Shown here: positions 32,881 through 43,996 of the stretch, in pieces | Numbering within the stretch: the stretch's first letter is position 1 | Layout: the number at the start of each line of letters is the position of its first letter | Assembly: GCA_963765765.1 (NCBI GenBank) | Contig: CAVXYC010000020.1 | Span: 448,001-512,000, forward strand | DNA: 64,000 nt | Reading direction: 5' to 3' | Source: an uncultured Chloroflexia bacterium | Lineage (GTDB): Bacteria > Chloroflexota > UBA6077 > JACCZL01 | Translations under genes and position numbers: made by a program | The notes under the pieces: generated by a model | Seen by the model: only the letters and a program-made list of their open reading frames with translations | What the model was told of the DNA's origin: nothing | The model's database searches: none

Positions 32881-33094
32881 ACTGGTACTCGTACGGAACC
32901 AGCGTTAGCCGGACCCTAGTGATGTCGACGATGGCCTGTGACCCTGGGCAGCACTCATAGCGCCTGTCAACGGTCGCAGCTTGCTGACGCCGTACAGGAT
33001 ATATTCACACCGATACCCAGCAAAAGACGGGCTGCGATTACTGAGTGGCTCGCGGAGACGAGGCAACTTCGAACTTGTTCAGCGGAATACAGGC

Positions 33095-36000
33095 GTGAGT
33101 AACGGAGTACGTCAGCGGTCCCCGTCGTCGACGAACACGCTCGCAGTTCTTTTTCCGGAGATCGCATCGCAGTGGCACCCAAGTCGGAATGGCGTCCTTA
33201 CGCCGGATCGAGTTGTGGCGGGCTCACATAAGCGCTGCTGGTGGAAGTGCCCCGAAGGCCAAGATCATGTGTGGCTAGCCTCCGTTAAGGATCGTACATA
33301 CGCCAAAAGCGGCTGCGTCTTCTGTGCGGGGCGTGCGGTCTCGTCCACAAATTCACTGGCATCCCTGTTCCCGGAGATAACAAGAGAGTGGCATCCCACG
33401 AAGAATGGGACGTTGACTCCTAACAAAATCGTGGCGGGTTCCACCAAGATTGTCTGGTGGAGTTGCCCCAAGGGACCCGATCACGAGTGGCAAACAAAGG
33501 TAGTGAATCGGACCAGCAAGGGCACCACTGGTTGTCCATTTTGCGGCGGGGACAAGGCATCTATAGCCAACTCATTGGCAACGCTATACCCCGACGTCGC
33601 CGCCCAGTGGCACCCGACGAAGAATGGTGACATTACTCGGGACGCAAATCGTGGCTGGATCTGGGAGAAGCTATTGGTGGAAGTGCAATGCGGGTACCGA
33701 TCACGAGTGGAAATCCAGTGCTGCCAAGCGTACCAAGGGCGGTCAAGGTTGCCCGTTCTGCTCGGGGAGGCGAGTTTCAGCATCGAATTCATTGGCAGGT
33801 GCGTTTCCGGAGATTGCAGCCCAATGGCACCCGACGAAAAACGGTTGCACCACTCCCAACTCGCTGACCGCCGGGTCGGGAAGGCTTGCCTGGTGGAAAT
33901 GTCAGGAAGGGCCGGATCACGAGTGGCGCGGTACGGGTTGGCAATCGTACACGGGGCGGCGGTGAAGAGAGGGTGCCCTTTACTGTGCGGGAAAGAAAGT
34001 CTCAATCACCAATTCTTTAGCGACCCGATTACCCTGATGTTGCCGAAATGTGGCACTCCAGCAGGAATGGCAGCGTCACACCAGACCATGTGGTGGGTCG
34101 GTCGGGCAAGCGTTATTGGTGGAAATGCGTCAAAGGGCTTGATCACGAATGGCAGGCGAGCGTCAGCAATCTCACGCATGGTAGCGCGGCAACCGGTCGC
34201 CCGTACTGTTCAGGTAAGAGAGCCTCCATCACCAATTCGCTTGCAGCTTTGCATCCCGAGCTTGCTGCAGAATGGCACCCGACGAAGAATTGTGGCATCA
34301 CTTCGGACCAAGTCGTAGCTGGATCGGAAAAGAACTGTTGGTGGAAGCGTCCCGAGGGCCTCGACCATGAATGGCTAGCGACGCCCTCCAATCGTTCACG
34401 ATATTCGCAGGGCTGCCCAGTCTGCAGCTCGGGGTGGACAATCGAGAATATTCGCCGCTTCGTTCTTTCGTTGCAGGATCACCTGTCAGTACTCACCCCC
34501 GCGGAGCTTTACGTTCTGTTTCAGCAGCGTGGCTTGATGCAGTCCTACGGGAGCGGTCGACCGGTTGATCCGCGCGCGAGACCCTTCAGCCTGTACCACC
34601 AGACCAACTCGAACGGTTTGTGCAGGGCAAACCGTCCCTCGCGGATCAGCTCATCAATGACGTCGATCCGTCGATAAATGAGTTCGATTCGTTCCGGGAG
34701 TCCGAGCCCGATGAGAAGGAACCCGCAGACCTCGAAAAGGCAGCGCACGCTGTCTATGACTCGTTTGACTCGGTCGCGAAGGCTCCGGATGTCGAGGAAG
34801 AGCCGAGCCTTCCGGCCGTCGAGGCCTACGCCACATTGCACGCGCTCGGTCAGATAGTCACTTCTGCTGATGGAGAAGCGGTCGAATTCTTCGTTGCATC
34901 GGCGGTTGCCAAGCTCTGGATGCACGCTTTCCGAAGTCCCGACGAGGCGGTTGCCCAAGTGGAGGCGTTCCAGGGGAATGAGTATGCGGAGCGAGCACGC
35001 ACTCGCTTCCTGGATGAATATCGGGAGGCTAAATCTCTGCCGCTCCCCGCTGGCTACGCCTTCACTGTTGATGGGCTCGCCGCCGAACCCAACCTGATGC
35101 AGAGGCTCGTCACGGTCCGCGTACGCGACCGCCGGCGCGTCGGGAACTGGTCGGGGACGGGGGCTGGCAAGACCTTATCCGCAGTGCTGGCCAGCCGCGC
35201 CGTGGATGCGCGTCTTACGATCATCTGCTGTCCAAATGCCGTGGTTGGCGAAGGCGTGGGCGGCGAGGGCTGGGCCCAGGCGATCCGAGACATCTTTCCC
35301 GACAGTGTTGTGGCAACCAAAACATTCGAGCCCCAGTGGTCGGTGCTAGAGCAGGATTCCAACAGGATTTTGCGGCGCCCATGGTCAGTTGCCGCACCGC
35401 TATCTCATTCTGAATTACGAAGCGTTCCAACAGCCCGACTCGGCAGCCCGGCTGGCGCGGCTGGTCGAACGCGAGCCAATCGATTTCATCGTCGTGGATG
35501 AGATCCATTACACGAAGCAACGGACGGTAGAAAACATCTCCCGGCGGAGGAGGCTCGTCCGCGATCTCTGCACGGCCGCTGCCGAGCGCAACTCCGGGTT
35601 ACGAGTCCTGGGCATGTCGGCGACGCCGGTCATCAATACCCTGCAAGAAGGCAAGAGCCTCGTCGAGTTGGTGAGTGGGCTCGCCCACGATGAGTTGAAT
35701 ACCCAAGCGACGGTCTCGAATTGCATGCGCCTCCATCAGCGGTTGACAACCCTTGGCATCCGTTGGATGCCCGAATATGATCTCGCCTTTGACCAGATGG
35801 AAATCGATGTGGATGCGCGCGCGTGGCTGGACGAGATCCGCGCACTCGGGCAGAACGGCAATTCGCTTGCCTTGGAGCAAATCCTCACTCGAGGCGCGCT
35901 TGCCGGTGATTCGGCACAGATTCAGCCCAAGACGCTGATCTACACGCACTACATCGGCGGAATCGATCGCCAGCTCTACGACGCCATCGTCCAGGACGGT

Positions 36001-37107
36001 TGGCGGGTGGGTTTTATACTGGCGAGGACAAGTCCGGTCTGGAAGGATTTCTCCACGGCGATATCGATGTGCTGATTGGGTCCAGTGCGATCGGCACCGG
36101 CGTGGATGGGCTCCAACAAGTTTGCAATCGGCTGATCGTGAACGTGCTGCCCTGGACGGCGGCCGAGTTCGAGCAGCTCAAGGGGCGGATATTTCGCCAG
36201 GGCCAGCGACAGAAAACGGTGACGATGGTGCTTCCGCTCACCTATATCGATCTGGACGACCAGCGGTGGTCGTGGTGAAGAGCGAAGATGCAGCGGCTGC
36301 ACTTCAAGAAGTCGATTGCCGATGCGGCCGTAGACGGGGTCGTTCCCGAAGGCCATTTACGCAGCCCGGGCCAGGCTTATCAGGACGTGATGGGGTGGCT
36401 CCAGCGGTTGGACGACGGCGGGGTGGAAACGATCACGCGTCGCGTGCTCCAGGGCGAACTGCCAAGCCCCGATTCCCCCGAGTACGCCCGCCGTCGCCGC
36501 CAGTTCGGGGACTTCTCCCGCATGAATCAGCGGTGGAACCGGGCGCGTAGCTCGGAGATACATGCACGCCTTCAGGAACACCCAGATGAGTGGGAACACT
36601 ACCATGCGCTCTATCGCGAGGCGCGCCGCGACTGGGCCTTAGTCCCCTATGACGAGATGGTGCGGTGGTACCAACACCCGTTCGCGTACTGGGTATACCA
36701 TTGGCGATTTCGGATGCGGTGAGGCGAAGTTCGCCGAGGCAGTTAGGGATCGCCACACCGTGTACAGCTTTGATCATGTGGCGGTGAACGAGGACGTCCT
36801 GGCCTGCGACATGAGCCATGTCCCATTGGAAGATGAAACCTTGGACGTGGCGATCTTCTCCCTCTTGCTCATGGGAGCAAACGTCCTGGACTATGTGCGC
36901 GAGGCACATCGAATGTTGAAGACCGATGGCCACATGCACATCATGCAAACCACATCGCGGCTCACCGATCGCGGGCGATTTGTGGAGGGCTTGAAGCGTC
37001 TGGGGTTTGACGTTATAGAGCCGCAAGACATGTGGAAGTTCACCCACATTCATGCCATCGAGTCAGCGCGAAGACCTTACCAAGATGGCGATCTTACGCT
37101 CGGCTGA
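33095..37107 (+). CDS. Fusion: six Zn-ribbon (DUF4379-like) repeats + SF2 DExH helicase + Rrp8/NML-like SAM methyltransferase (multiple frameshifts)
   Basis: Repeats NSLA..P..WH..NG..WWKC..H.W..GCP.C; helicase GTGAGKT, VDEIH, MSATP, GTGVDGLQ, QLKGRIFRQG; methyltransferase IGDFGCGEAK..CDMSHVPLEDETLDVAIFSLLLMG. Confidence 0.8.
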
Positions 37108-37113
37108 GTAGGT

Positions 37114-37182
37114 GTGGATCTCTAGGTGGGATTGGTCTTGAATGCTTCAGCGGCGGGCGGTGCTGCGTTATGGCGAGCTGCT
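37114..37182 (+). pseudogene. Second relic of the integrase 3' end, next to att
   Basis: GAATGCTTCAGCGGCGGGCGGTGCTGCGTTATGGCGAGCTGCT versus integrase GAATGCTCAGCGGCGGGCTGTGCTGCGCTACGGCGAGTTGCT. Confidence 0.8.
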
Positions 37183-37213
37183 CAGCGGAAGCGAGGCGAC
37201 GGGCTCGTGAGCC

Positions 37214-37235
37214 GTTGTTCACCGGTTGTTCACCG
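37214..37235 (+). repeat. Tandem 11-bp repeat GTTGTTCACCG x2 (arm-type site candidate)
   Basis: Ends 41 bp before the att core at 37276. Confidence 0.6.
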
Positions 37236-37276
37236 GGGCCTTCTGAAACCGCTGTTTTGATCTCAGAATGGCCATA

Positions 37277-37352
37277 TGGTGCCAAGGGGCAGAATCGAAC
37301 TGCCGACACCGCGGTTTTCAGCCGCGTGCTCTACCGACTGAGCTACCTTGGC
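37277..37352 (-). tRNA. tRNA-Phe(GAA)
   Basis: 76-nt cloverleaf, anticodon arm CGCGG-CTGAAAA-CCGCG, encoded CCA. Confidence 0.97.
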
Positions 37353-37373
37353 AAAGCGCATCCTTGGGATGGC

Positions 37374-37450
37374 TGGTAGGCGAAACAGGACTCGAACCTG
37401 TGACCTCCTCGGTGTAAACGAGGCGCTCTAACCAACTGAGCTATTCGCCC
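37374..37450 (-). tRNA. tRNA-Val(TAC)
   Basis: 77-nt cloverleaf, CCTCG-TTTACAC-CGAGG, CCA end. Confidence 0.97.
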
Positions 37451-37476
37451 GAATCGGCCACACTGGACCAGTCCGC

Positions 37477-37562
37477 TGGTGCCCCCGACTGGACTCGAAC
37501 CAGCACGTCCTTCCGGACACAGGCCCTCAACCTGCCGCGTATACCTATTCCGCCACGGGGGC
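37477..37562 (-). tRNA. tRNA-Leu(GAG)
   Basis: 86 nt with long variable arm, GCAGG-TTGAGGG-CCTGT, CCA end. Confidence 0.96.
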
Positions 37563-37581
37563 TCGCACTTGGAACTCTGTG

Positions 37582-37610
37582 ATTATAGGCTGCGATTGTG
37601 ACGACGGCAA
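37582..37610 (-). promoter_or_regulatory. Sigma70-type promoter of the tRNA operon
   Basis: TTGCCG-N17-TATAAT about 20 nt upstream of tRNA-Leu. Confidence 0.8.
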
Positions 37611-37684
37611 TCCGAGAGAACGCCACGAAGCGCTTCGGAGCGAGGCCGTGCACTCTCCGAAGCGCTTCGTGGCCGTCGCTACGC

Positions 37685-38857
37685 TCAGGGCTTCAGCACC
37701 ACTTTTACACAGTCATCCTGCTTGTTCTTGAAGATCTCGTAGCCCTGCGGAGCCTCGTGCAAGGGCATCTGATGCGTGATGATAAACGTGGGATCGATAT
37801 CACCCGCCTGGATGCGCTCGAGTAGCGGGCGCATGTAGCGCTGCACATGGCACTGGCCGGACTTGATCGTGAGGGAGCGATTCACCACCGTTCCCATCGG
37901 AAACTTGTCGATGAGTCCACCGTAGACGCCCACGACCGACACCGTGCCCCCGTTTCGGCACGATTGAATCGCCTCACGCAAGGCGATCGGCCGGTCAGTC
38001 TCCATCCTGGTAGCCTGTTTCACGCGATCGTATGCGTATTTGACGCCCGGCGCATGCGCCTCCATTCCCACCGCATCGATGCACGCGTCCGGGCCCCTGC
38101 CACCGGTCATGTCTCGTAGTGTGTCCACAACGCTATCGACTTCTTCGTAATTGATCGTCTCCGCGCCGGTATGCTGGCGAGCCATACGGAGGCGGTATTC
38201 GAACCGGTCGATGCCAATGACCCGCTCCGCTCCGAGCAGGGAAGCGCTGGCCATGGCAAACTGCCCGACCGGCCCGGCACCCCAAACCGCCACGACGTCT
38301 CCGGGTTTGATATCGCACATTTCAGCGCCCATGTAACCGGTGGGCAGTATGTCTGAGAGAAAGAGCACCTGCTCGTCTGTCAAGCCGTTTTCAATCTTGA
38401 GCGGGCCAACATTGGCAAACGGTACGCGCACGTATTCCGCTTGACCGCCCGCGAATCCGCCAAGCATATGCGAATACCCGAAGATGCCGGCGGAGAATAG
38501 CCCCACAGCTTCTCGGCCATCCAGGCATTGGGATTGGAGTTCTCGCACAGTGAGTACAGTCTGCGCATCGCAGGCGTTGCAATCGCCGCACGCAATTGGG
38601 AACGGTACCACCACGCGGTCGCCGGTCTTCAGATTCGAGACGTCCCGCCCGATCTCCATGACCTCGCCCATGAACTCATGGCCCAGAACGTCGCCTTTCT
38701 GCATCGTCGGAACGTAGCCATCGTAGAGGTGTAAATCGGAGCCGCAGATCGCTGTCGATGTAATCCGCACGATCGCGTCACGAGCGTTCAAAATCTTAGG
38801 GTCCGGTACGTCCTCCACGGATACGGAGTTACGCCCAGTCCAGCAGGTTGCCTTCAT
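37685..38857 (-). CDS. Zn-dependent MDR dehydrogenase (formaldehyde-dehydrogenase-like)
   Basis: [27 protein letters not shown]. Confidence 0.9.
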   Translation of the reverse strand: MKATCWTGRNSVSVEDVPDPKILNARDAIVRITSTAICGSDLHLYDGYVPTMQKGDVLGHEFMGEVMEIGRDVSNLKTGDRVVVPFPIACGDCNACDAQTVLTVRELQSQCLDGREAVGLFSAGIFGYSHMLGGFAGGQAEYVRVPFANVGPLKIENGLTDEQVLFLSDILPTGYMGAEMCDIKPGDVVAVWGAGPVGQFAMASASLLGAERVIGIDRFEYRLRMARQHTGAETINYEEVDSVVDTLRDMTGGRGPDACIDAVGMEAHAPGVKYAYDRVKQATRMETDRPIALREAIQSCRNGGTVSVVGVYGGLIDKFPMGTVVNRSLTIKSGQCHVQRYMRPLLERIQAGDIDPTFIITHQMPLHEAPQGYEIFKNKQDDCVKVVLKP

Positions 38858-38891
38858 TGTGATGTCCCCAAATAAACTGAGAATCTCATGG

Positions 38892-39947
38892 TTAGCTCTT
38901 CGCGGCCGCGTACGCTCGAATGTTCACCGGTGGTTGCGCCGGCCGCTGCTTGATGGATCTCCCCTCAAGCGTTGCGTCTGAACGAATGACCTCACCCACC
39001 TCGAGCACCGACTTCAGGCGGCGCAAGTCTCCGCGTACTTCCTGTCCCGGCTCTTTGCCAAAGAGCTTCGCCGTCATTTCGCCGACTGGTCCGGCAGGGG
39101 GCTCATAGCTGAAGGCCACTCGAACCTCGGTGCCTCGATTCCCGGGAGCACTACCGAACCAGACCGTGCCGGAATTCTTCATCGTGGCTGAATCAGTCGA
39201 GCGCCAGGCAATCATCTCGTTCGGACGGTCTTCCACAATCTCCGCATCCCACTCAACGCGCGTGCCAGCCGGCCCGATTACTCGCCAGTGCGACCGACGA
39301 TGATCGATGACCCGTATCGACTCGATATTGGCCATGAATTGAGGGAAATTCTCGAAATTCCGCCAGAATTGGTAGACATCTTCAGGCGAGCGCTTGATGG
39401 TTATCGCTGCCCCAGTGAGCTTGCCGGCCACTTTGTGTCCATTGCGTGACTCCGATGATCGGTCGCTACTCGCTCGCTCACCCGCACCCACATCCACTGC
39501 GCCAATGGCGGCAACGGTCGCCATAGCTGCAGTGACACGCGTTTCATCCCGAGCTTCGTTCGAATGCAGCGCCGATTGCAGCAGGGCCATATCCATGACG
39601 TCGCCGGTTACTCGGAGCCATGGCCAACCACCCCAGTCGGACTTTGCGAGCATCCCAACACCGGTTACGATTTCGCGTACCCCAACCACGCATAGCGCGT
39701 TGACCGTCGCATCGTTCGGCTTCAGGCCCAGGAACTGGGACATCTTCCGTGGGAACGCCAGGGCAGTAACTCCAAGGCCCAGACTCAGCCAACCAAGGCT
39801 CGTATTGAGACCATGTCGGTCGGCATGGCCGCCTCGGCTATGCCAGATCTCCGGCCTGGTCACTGCGTTAAATGTGCCGTTCGCCGAGCTCGGGCTGGTC
39901 CAGCCCAGATCGGTCTCCGTGAGACCACCAACGCCTCTTGCCGTCAT
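38892..39947 (-). CDS. SRPBCC/cyclase-domain protein with membrane N-terminus
   Basis: [46 protein letters not shown]. Confidence 0.85.
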   Translation of the reverse strand: MTARGVGGLTETDLGWTSPSSANGTFNAVTRPEIWHSRGGHADRHGLNTSLGWLSLGLGVTALAFPRKMSQFLGLKPNDATVNALCVVGVREIVTGVGMLAKSDWGGWPWLRVTGDVMDMALLQSALHSNEARDETRVTAAMATVAAIGAVDVGAGERASSDRSSESRNGHKVAGKLTGAAITIKRSPEDVYQFWRNFENFPQFMANIESIRVIDHRRSHWRVIGPAGTRVEWDAEIVEDRPNEMIAWRSTDSATMKNSGTVWFGSAPGNRGTEVRVAFSYEPPAGPVGEMTAKLFGKEPGQEVRGDLRRLKSVLEVGEVIRSDATLEGRSIKQRPAQPPVNIRAYAAAKS

Positions 39948-40339
39948 TCGATCATCCTTCAGCTTTGCTGGCGCATTGAGCATCGCAGACGCCCTGAGCG
40001 GGCGGTCCGCGGGTGAGCCAGACCCCGGATCCCGAAGTTCAACTCGCCGCGGACCGCGACTGCAGGGTCTATGCCAGATAGCGTGGACTCTCATCTCATG
40101 AGCATGAGTGCCTGAGACCGCCAGCGACAAGCGCTGGGCGTCCGGATCCGGGCCGCCGTAGAGCGGGACTCCGGTGACGACGGCCATAGCCTCGGTGTTC
40201 GTGACCTGTTGGTGCGCTCTAGCGCACGGCGTATGTCAGGATGGAAGGCGTCGCGATGTTGCCTGCATAGAAACTGGGGCGACCCTAACTCGACGACCGC
40301 GTGTCCCGCTCGGGACAGGGCTCCAAGATCGCGTGGGAA

Positions 40340-41724
40340 TCAATCTCCCGGCGAGGCAGGCAGCACAGGTCCGATCGATTGACCACGTGTGGGCGGTGCA
40401 TCCACTCCGGAGGAATCCACTTGATCGGTGTTTGAGCGACTCACCCTGATGCTTATGAACGAAATGAGAATCAACACCAGCGCCAGGCCAGTGAGCGTCT
40501 CAGCCACACCGATGACGTCAGCGAGTCCGCCCAGGAAGATAAGCGGCAGGACACTCAGCACGTTGCTCAGCATGAGCTGGATTGAGAACACTCGCCCACG
40601 GATGGCTACAGGAGCGCGCTCCTGGATGATCGTCTGTGCTGGAACGATCATGCAGACGAATCCGACGCCTGCCACGAACCCCACAGACATCGTGATCGCC
40701 AGCATCCCACCAAGGTGCTCAACATTGAATTCCCCTTGCGGGAGGGCTCCATAGAACCGCTGCCAAAGCGGACTTAGCAAGCCGAGGCAGAGGATGGCCA
40801 GACTGACGACAACCAAACCCCCATTGACCAGGCGATATTTATCCCAGCCGTGCCCCAAGCGGCTCAGAATCGCGGTACAGACCACCATCCCAACGCCTGC
40901 CGGTGCCAGCACAAAGACGCTGTCCTCAGCGCGGACCCCGAGCACACTTACGGCGAATCCCGGCGCGAGCATAGCCACCACAATGGCCAGGATGGAGCCC
41001 AATGTCCAGACACCTATAGCCCACTGCACCACAGGATTCCCGTGAATGAACCCGGTAACCTCCTTCACATCGGTCCAGAACTCTTTGAGCTTCTCCGCGC
41101 CCGCCACGGACGGCTCGCCCGGTTGCGAGGCAACGGCCAGCACAGTACGCCGCAGATCAGCAGAAGTGCCCCGCACGCCAGAAAGAGAGCGTCCACTCCA
41201 ATGACATTCACCACCAGCGGACCGATGATCACGAGCCCGATGAGCTGCGAGGCAGTGAACGTGAGGTGGAAGAGCGAATTTGCTTCCAGAAGCCGACGCC
41301 GGGAAACAAGAGCCGGAATCATCGCCGCTTCCGCCGGGGCAAAGAACTGTCCAATCGCAGAGAACGCGAAGTTCATGATGTAGACCAGCCCCAGGAAATC
41401 GCTGATCAGTGGGTATCCCAGGACCATCACACCGCGGATGACATTTGAGCCAATAAGGACAAGTCGCTTGTCCCAGCGATCCACATAGACACCAGCGACA
41501 ATGCCGAAGAGCACCGATGGCAGGATGAGCGTCATGATGGCCAGGCCCAGGTGCGTATTGGAGCTGCTCTTGTGCTGAACCAGCACCAGGATCCCGTACC
41601 AGAGCGCATTCTGGGCTGTCTGACTTATCGCCTGAGCGACCCAGAGTAACGTGAAGTCACGATTGCGCCAGATGGGAGCGGTGCGATCCTGCGCGGAAGA
41701 GGTTGGGTGGGCGCTATCCGTCAC
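40340..41724 (-). CDS. MFS transporter (frameshifted)
   Basis: NRDFTLLW, GVYVDRWDKR motif A, IRGRVFS. Confidence 0.85.
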
Positions 41725-41954
41725 GGAAGGTCATGCAGATCAGGCACGGACACCTCCGACCCACGACCCACATAGGCGATGATTCGGTGGGCAAGCTGGG
41801 TCCGTGGCAAAAGAATGCGATGGCCGCACTGGTTACATCGTAATCGGATATCCGCGCCGAGCCGCGTAATGGTCCATTCATTACCGCCACAGGCGTGCGG
41901 TCGTCGCAATCGGACAACATCGTCGAGACGCACGTCCAATGGCGTTTCCGTCAC
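41721..41954 (-). CDS. DUF951-family protein
   Basis: DVVRLRRPHACGGNEWTITRLGADIRLRCNQCG. Confidence 0.85.
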   Translation of the reverse strand: MTETPLDVRLDDVVRLRRPHACGGNEWTITRLGADIRLRCNQCGHRILLPRTQLAHRIIAYVGRGSEVSVPDLHDLP

Positions 41955-42835
41955 CTTATCTCCATTACGCCCGCGCAGGCCTGATTGATCGAATCACGTA
42001 GCTCGAGTGCCGTCGTTCTCGCCGCTTCCCGCCAGTCTTCGCCCCGCGACGCATAGAGAACCTGGCGAGAAGCATTGATCATAATCAAGCTGGCATCCTG
42101 CGGCATGCCCGCTGTAACGGATGCCTGGAGATCGCCGGCCTGCGGGCCGATCCCGGGGATCAGCAAGGGCATCTCGGGAGCAATGGCCCGGATGCGCTCT
42201 AGAATCGCGGGGTAGGTCGCTCCAACGACCATTCCACAATTGCCGCGTGTGTTCCAGGATACAACGCGCTCCGCCACCAGCTCCCAGAGCGGAATCATTC
42301 GATCGTCAGCGGTCAGACAAAGCACATCCTGGAGATCACCCGAGCCCGGGTTGGAAGTCTTGCAGAGTACGAGGATGCCACGATCTTCTCGCTCGAGGAA
42401 GGGTGTCAGCGAATCCTCGCCGAGATACGGGCTCACTGTTGCTGCGTCGAACTTAAAGAAGTCGAAGAGGGCACTGGCGTACGCCTCGGCGGTGTTGCCT
42501 ATATCGCCGCGTTTGGCATCAGCAATGACTGGAATTCCATCGGACACCATCTCCACAGTTGCCTTGAGGGCCTGCCATCCAGCATTGCCCTGCGACTCAT
42601 AAAAGGCCAGGTTCGGCTTATACGCGCAGACCAGGTCCTGGGTGGCTTCGATGATGCCCCGATTGAACTCCGTGATCCAGTCATCGCGGTTCACAACGTG
42701 TGGAGGCGCGAGGCGAGGGTCCACGTCAAGTCCGACGCAGAGAAGGCTCTGGTTCTTCTCACGTGCCGCCCGAAGCTGGTCGATAAACGCTACCACCGCA
42801 AGTCCCTTCGCATCGTCTGCAGAAGCCGTTTGCAT
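41951..42835 (-). CDS. pyrF: Orotidine-5'-phosphate decarboxylase
   Basis: LCVGLD, YKPNLAFYE, DAKRGDIGNT, TSNPGS, VVGAT, NASR. Confidence 0.95.
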   Translation of the reverse strand: MQTASADDAKGLAVVAFIDQLRAAREKNQSLLCVGLDVDPRLAPPHVVNRDDWITEFNRGIIEATQDLVCAYKPNLAFYESQGNAGWQALKATVEMVSDGIPVIADAKRGDIGNTAEAYASALFDFFKFDAATVSPYLGEDSLTPFLEREDRGILVLCKTSNPGSGDLQDVLCLTADDRMIPLWELVAERVVSWNTRGNCGMVVGATYPAILERIRAIAPEMPLLIPGIGPQAGDLQASVTAGMPQDASLIMINASRQVLYASRGEDWREAARTTALELRDSINQACAGVMEIR

Positions 42836-42996
42836 GTCTTGCTACCGGCGTCAGGGCCAGCAACGGTTCTGGTCGAGCCCTATAGTATGATAGCCGCTGC
42901 GCCTTGACGGAACGTGATGGAACACGAGGAAGACCGTCCGTGGCAATGCGAAATCGGCCCACAGATTAGGTGTGAGGCAGCTCCAGGAGGCGGTAG

Positions 42997-43956
42997 ATGA
43001 GTGCTAGGTCCAGGTTCACTTCAGTCACCGCACTGGCGTGCGCGCTCATGGGGGCAACGATTGTTGCCTCCTGCGGGATGGGCGGCGGCGCAGCCCTGGG
43101 TACCAAAGATAACCCGATAAAGATGGCGTTTGTTCCTTCCAGCGACTCACAGAAGGTGCTTTCGAGTGGCGAGCCTCTAGGTCAGCTTCTTGAGAATGAG
43201 ACCGGCTACTCGTTCAAAGTGTCCGTCCCCACCAACTATGCGGCGGTCATCGAGGCCATGGGTGCGAACAATGTCGACGTGGGTTGGCTGGCAACGTTCG
43301 CCTACGTCCTTGCGCGTGACAAGTTCGGGGCTGACGCAGTCCTTGCCACCGTTCGCCAGGGCAGTAAGACCTACACTGGCGAGATCATCGCTCACGCGGA
43401 TAGCGGCATCAATAGCCTCGAGCAGCTACGGGGCAAGAAGTTCGCCTTTGTAGACCCCAGCAGCGCATCGGGATACCTGTATCCCAACGCTCTACTCAAA
43501 CAGAAGCTCCCTGACTACGGCGACAGCTTCTTTGGCGAGCGCATCTTCGCGGGCGGCCACGACAAAGTTGTCATCGCGGTTTACAACAAGCAGGTCGACG
43601 GAGGCGCCACATTCGGTGACTCTGTGATTGGCGGACCGCCCACGGACTCACGAACGCGTGTCCAGAGCACGATCCCAGATGTGATGGAGAAGGTCAAAGT
43701 CATAGCCATCACGGACCCCATTCCGAACGACACCGTGAGCGTACGCAAGGGTCTTGCGCCAGAGATGATCACGAAGCTTCGCGAGGGACTCCTGAAAGTG
43801 GCCCAGACTGACGATGGCAAGAAGGCCTTGAAGGACCTTTATCAGATCGACGGGCTGGCCCCTTCCACCGATGCGGACTACAACCCCGTACGCGAAGCCG
43901 CGCGAGTCCTCAATCTGAACCTGGAGCAGGAGCTCGCACCCAAACCGCAGGCGTAA
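42997..43956 (+). CDS. phnD: Phosphonate/phosphate ABC substrate-binding lipoprotein
   Basis: Lipobox VASC, DPSSASGYLYP, GGHDK, IPND. Confidence 0.9.
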   Translation: MSARSRFTSVTALACALMGATIVASCGMGGGAALGTKDNPIKMAFVPSSDSQKVLSSGEPLGQLLENETGYSFKVSVPTNYAAVIEAMGANNVDVGWLATFAYVLARDKFGADAVLATVRQGSKTYTGEIIAHADSGINSLEQLRGKKFAFVDPSSASGYLYPNALLKQKLPDYGDSFFGERIFAGGHDKVVIAVYNKQVDGGATFGDSVIGGPPTDSRTRVQSTIPDVMEKVKVIAITDPIPNDTVSVRKGLAPEMITKLREGLLKVAQTDDGKKALKDLYQIDGLAPSTDADYNPVREAARVLNLNLEQELAPKPQA

Positions 43957-43996
43957 CTGGCGCCATAGGCGCACCAGTACAACCTGAGTCGGACAC

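Larger units (their letters stand above)
20336..37296. mobile_element. About 17-kb integrative element at tRNA-Phe(GAA)
   Basis: Bounded by 21-bp direct repeats of the tRNA-Phe 3' end; contains tyrosine integrase, HNH-like, AbrB and HTH genes plus accessory cargo. Confidence 0.8.

Noticed and set aside
33130-34430. Roughly 200-bp periodic repeats suggesting CRISPR or a DGR template
   Set aside because: They are protein-level Zn-ribbon repeats with synonymous divergence; no spacers, cas or reverse transcriptase genes.
39948-40187. N-terminal extension of the SRPBCC ORF in the track
   Set aside because: No family resemblance; an internal ATG at 39947 preceded by AAGGA is the likelier start.
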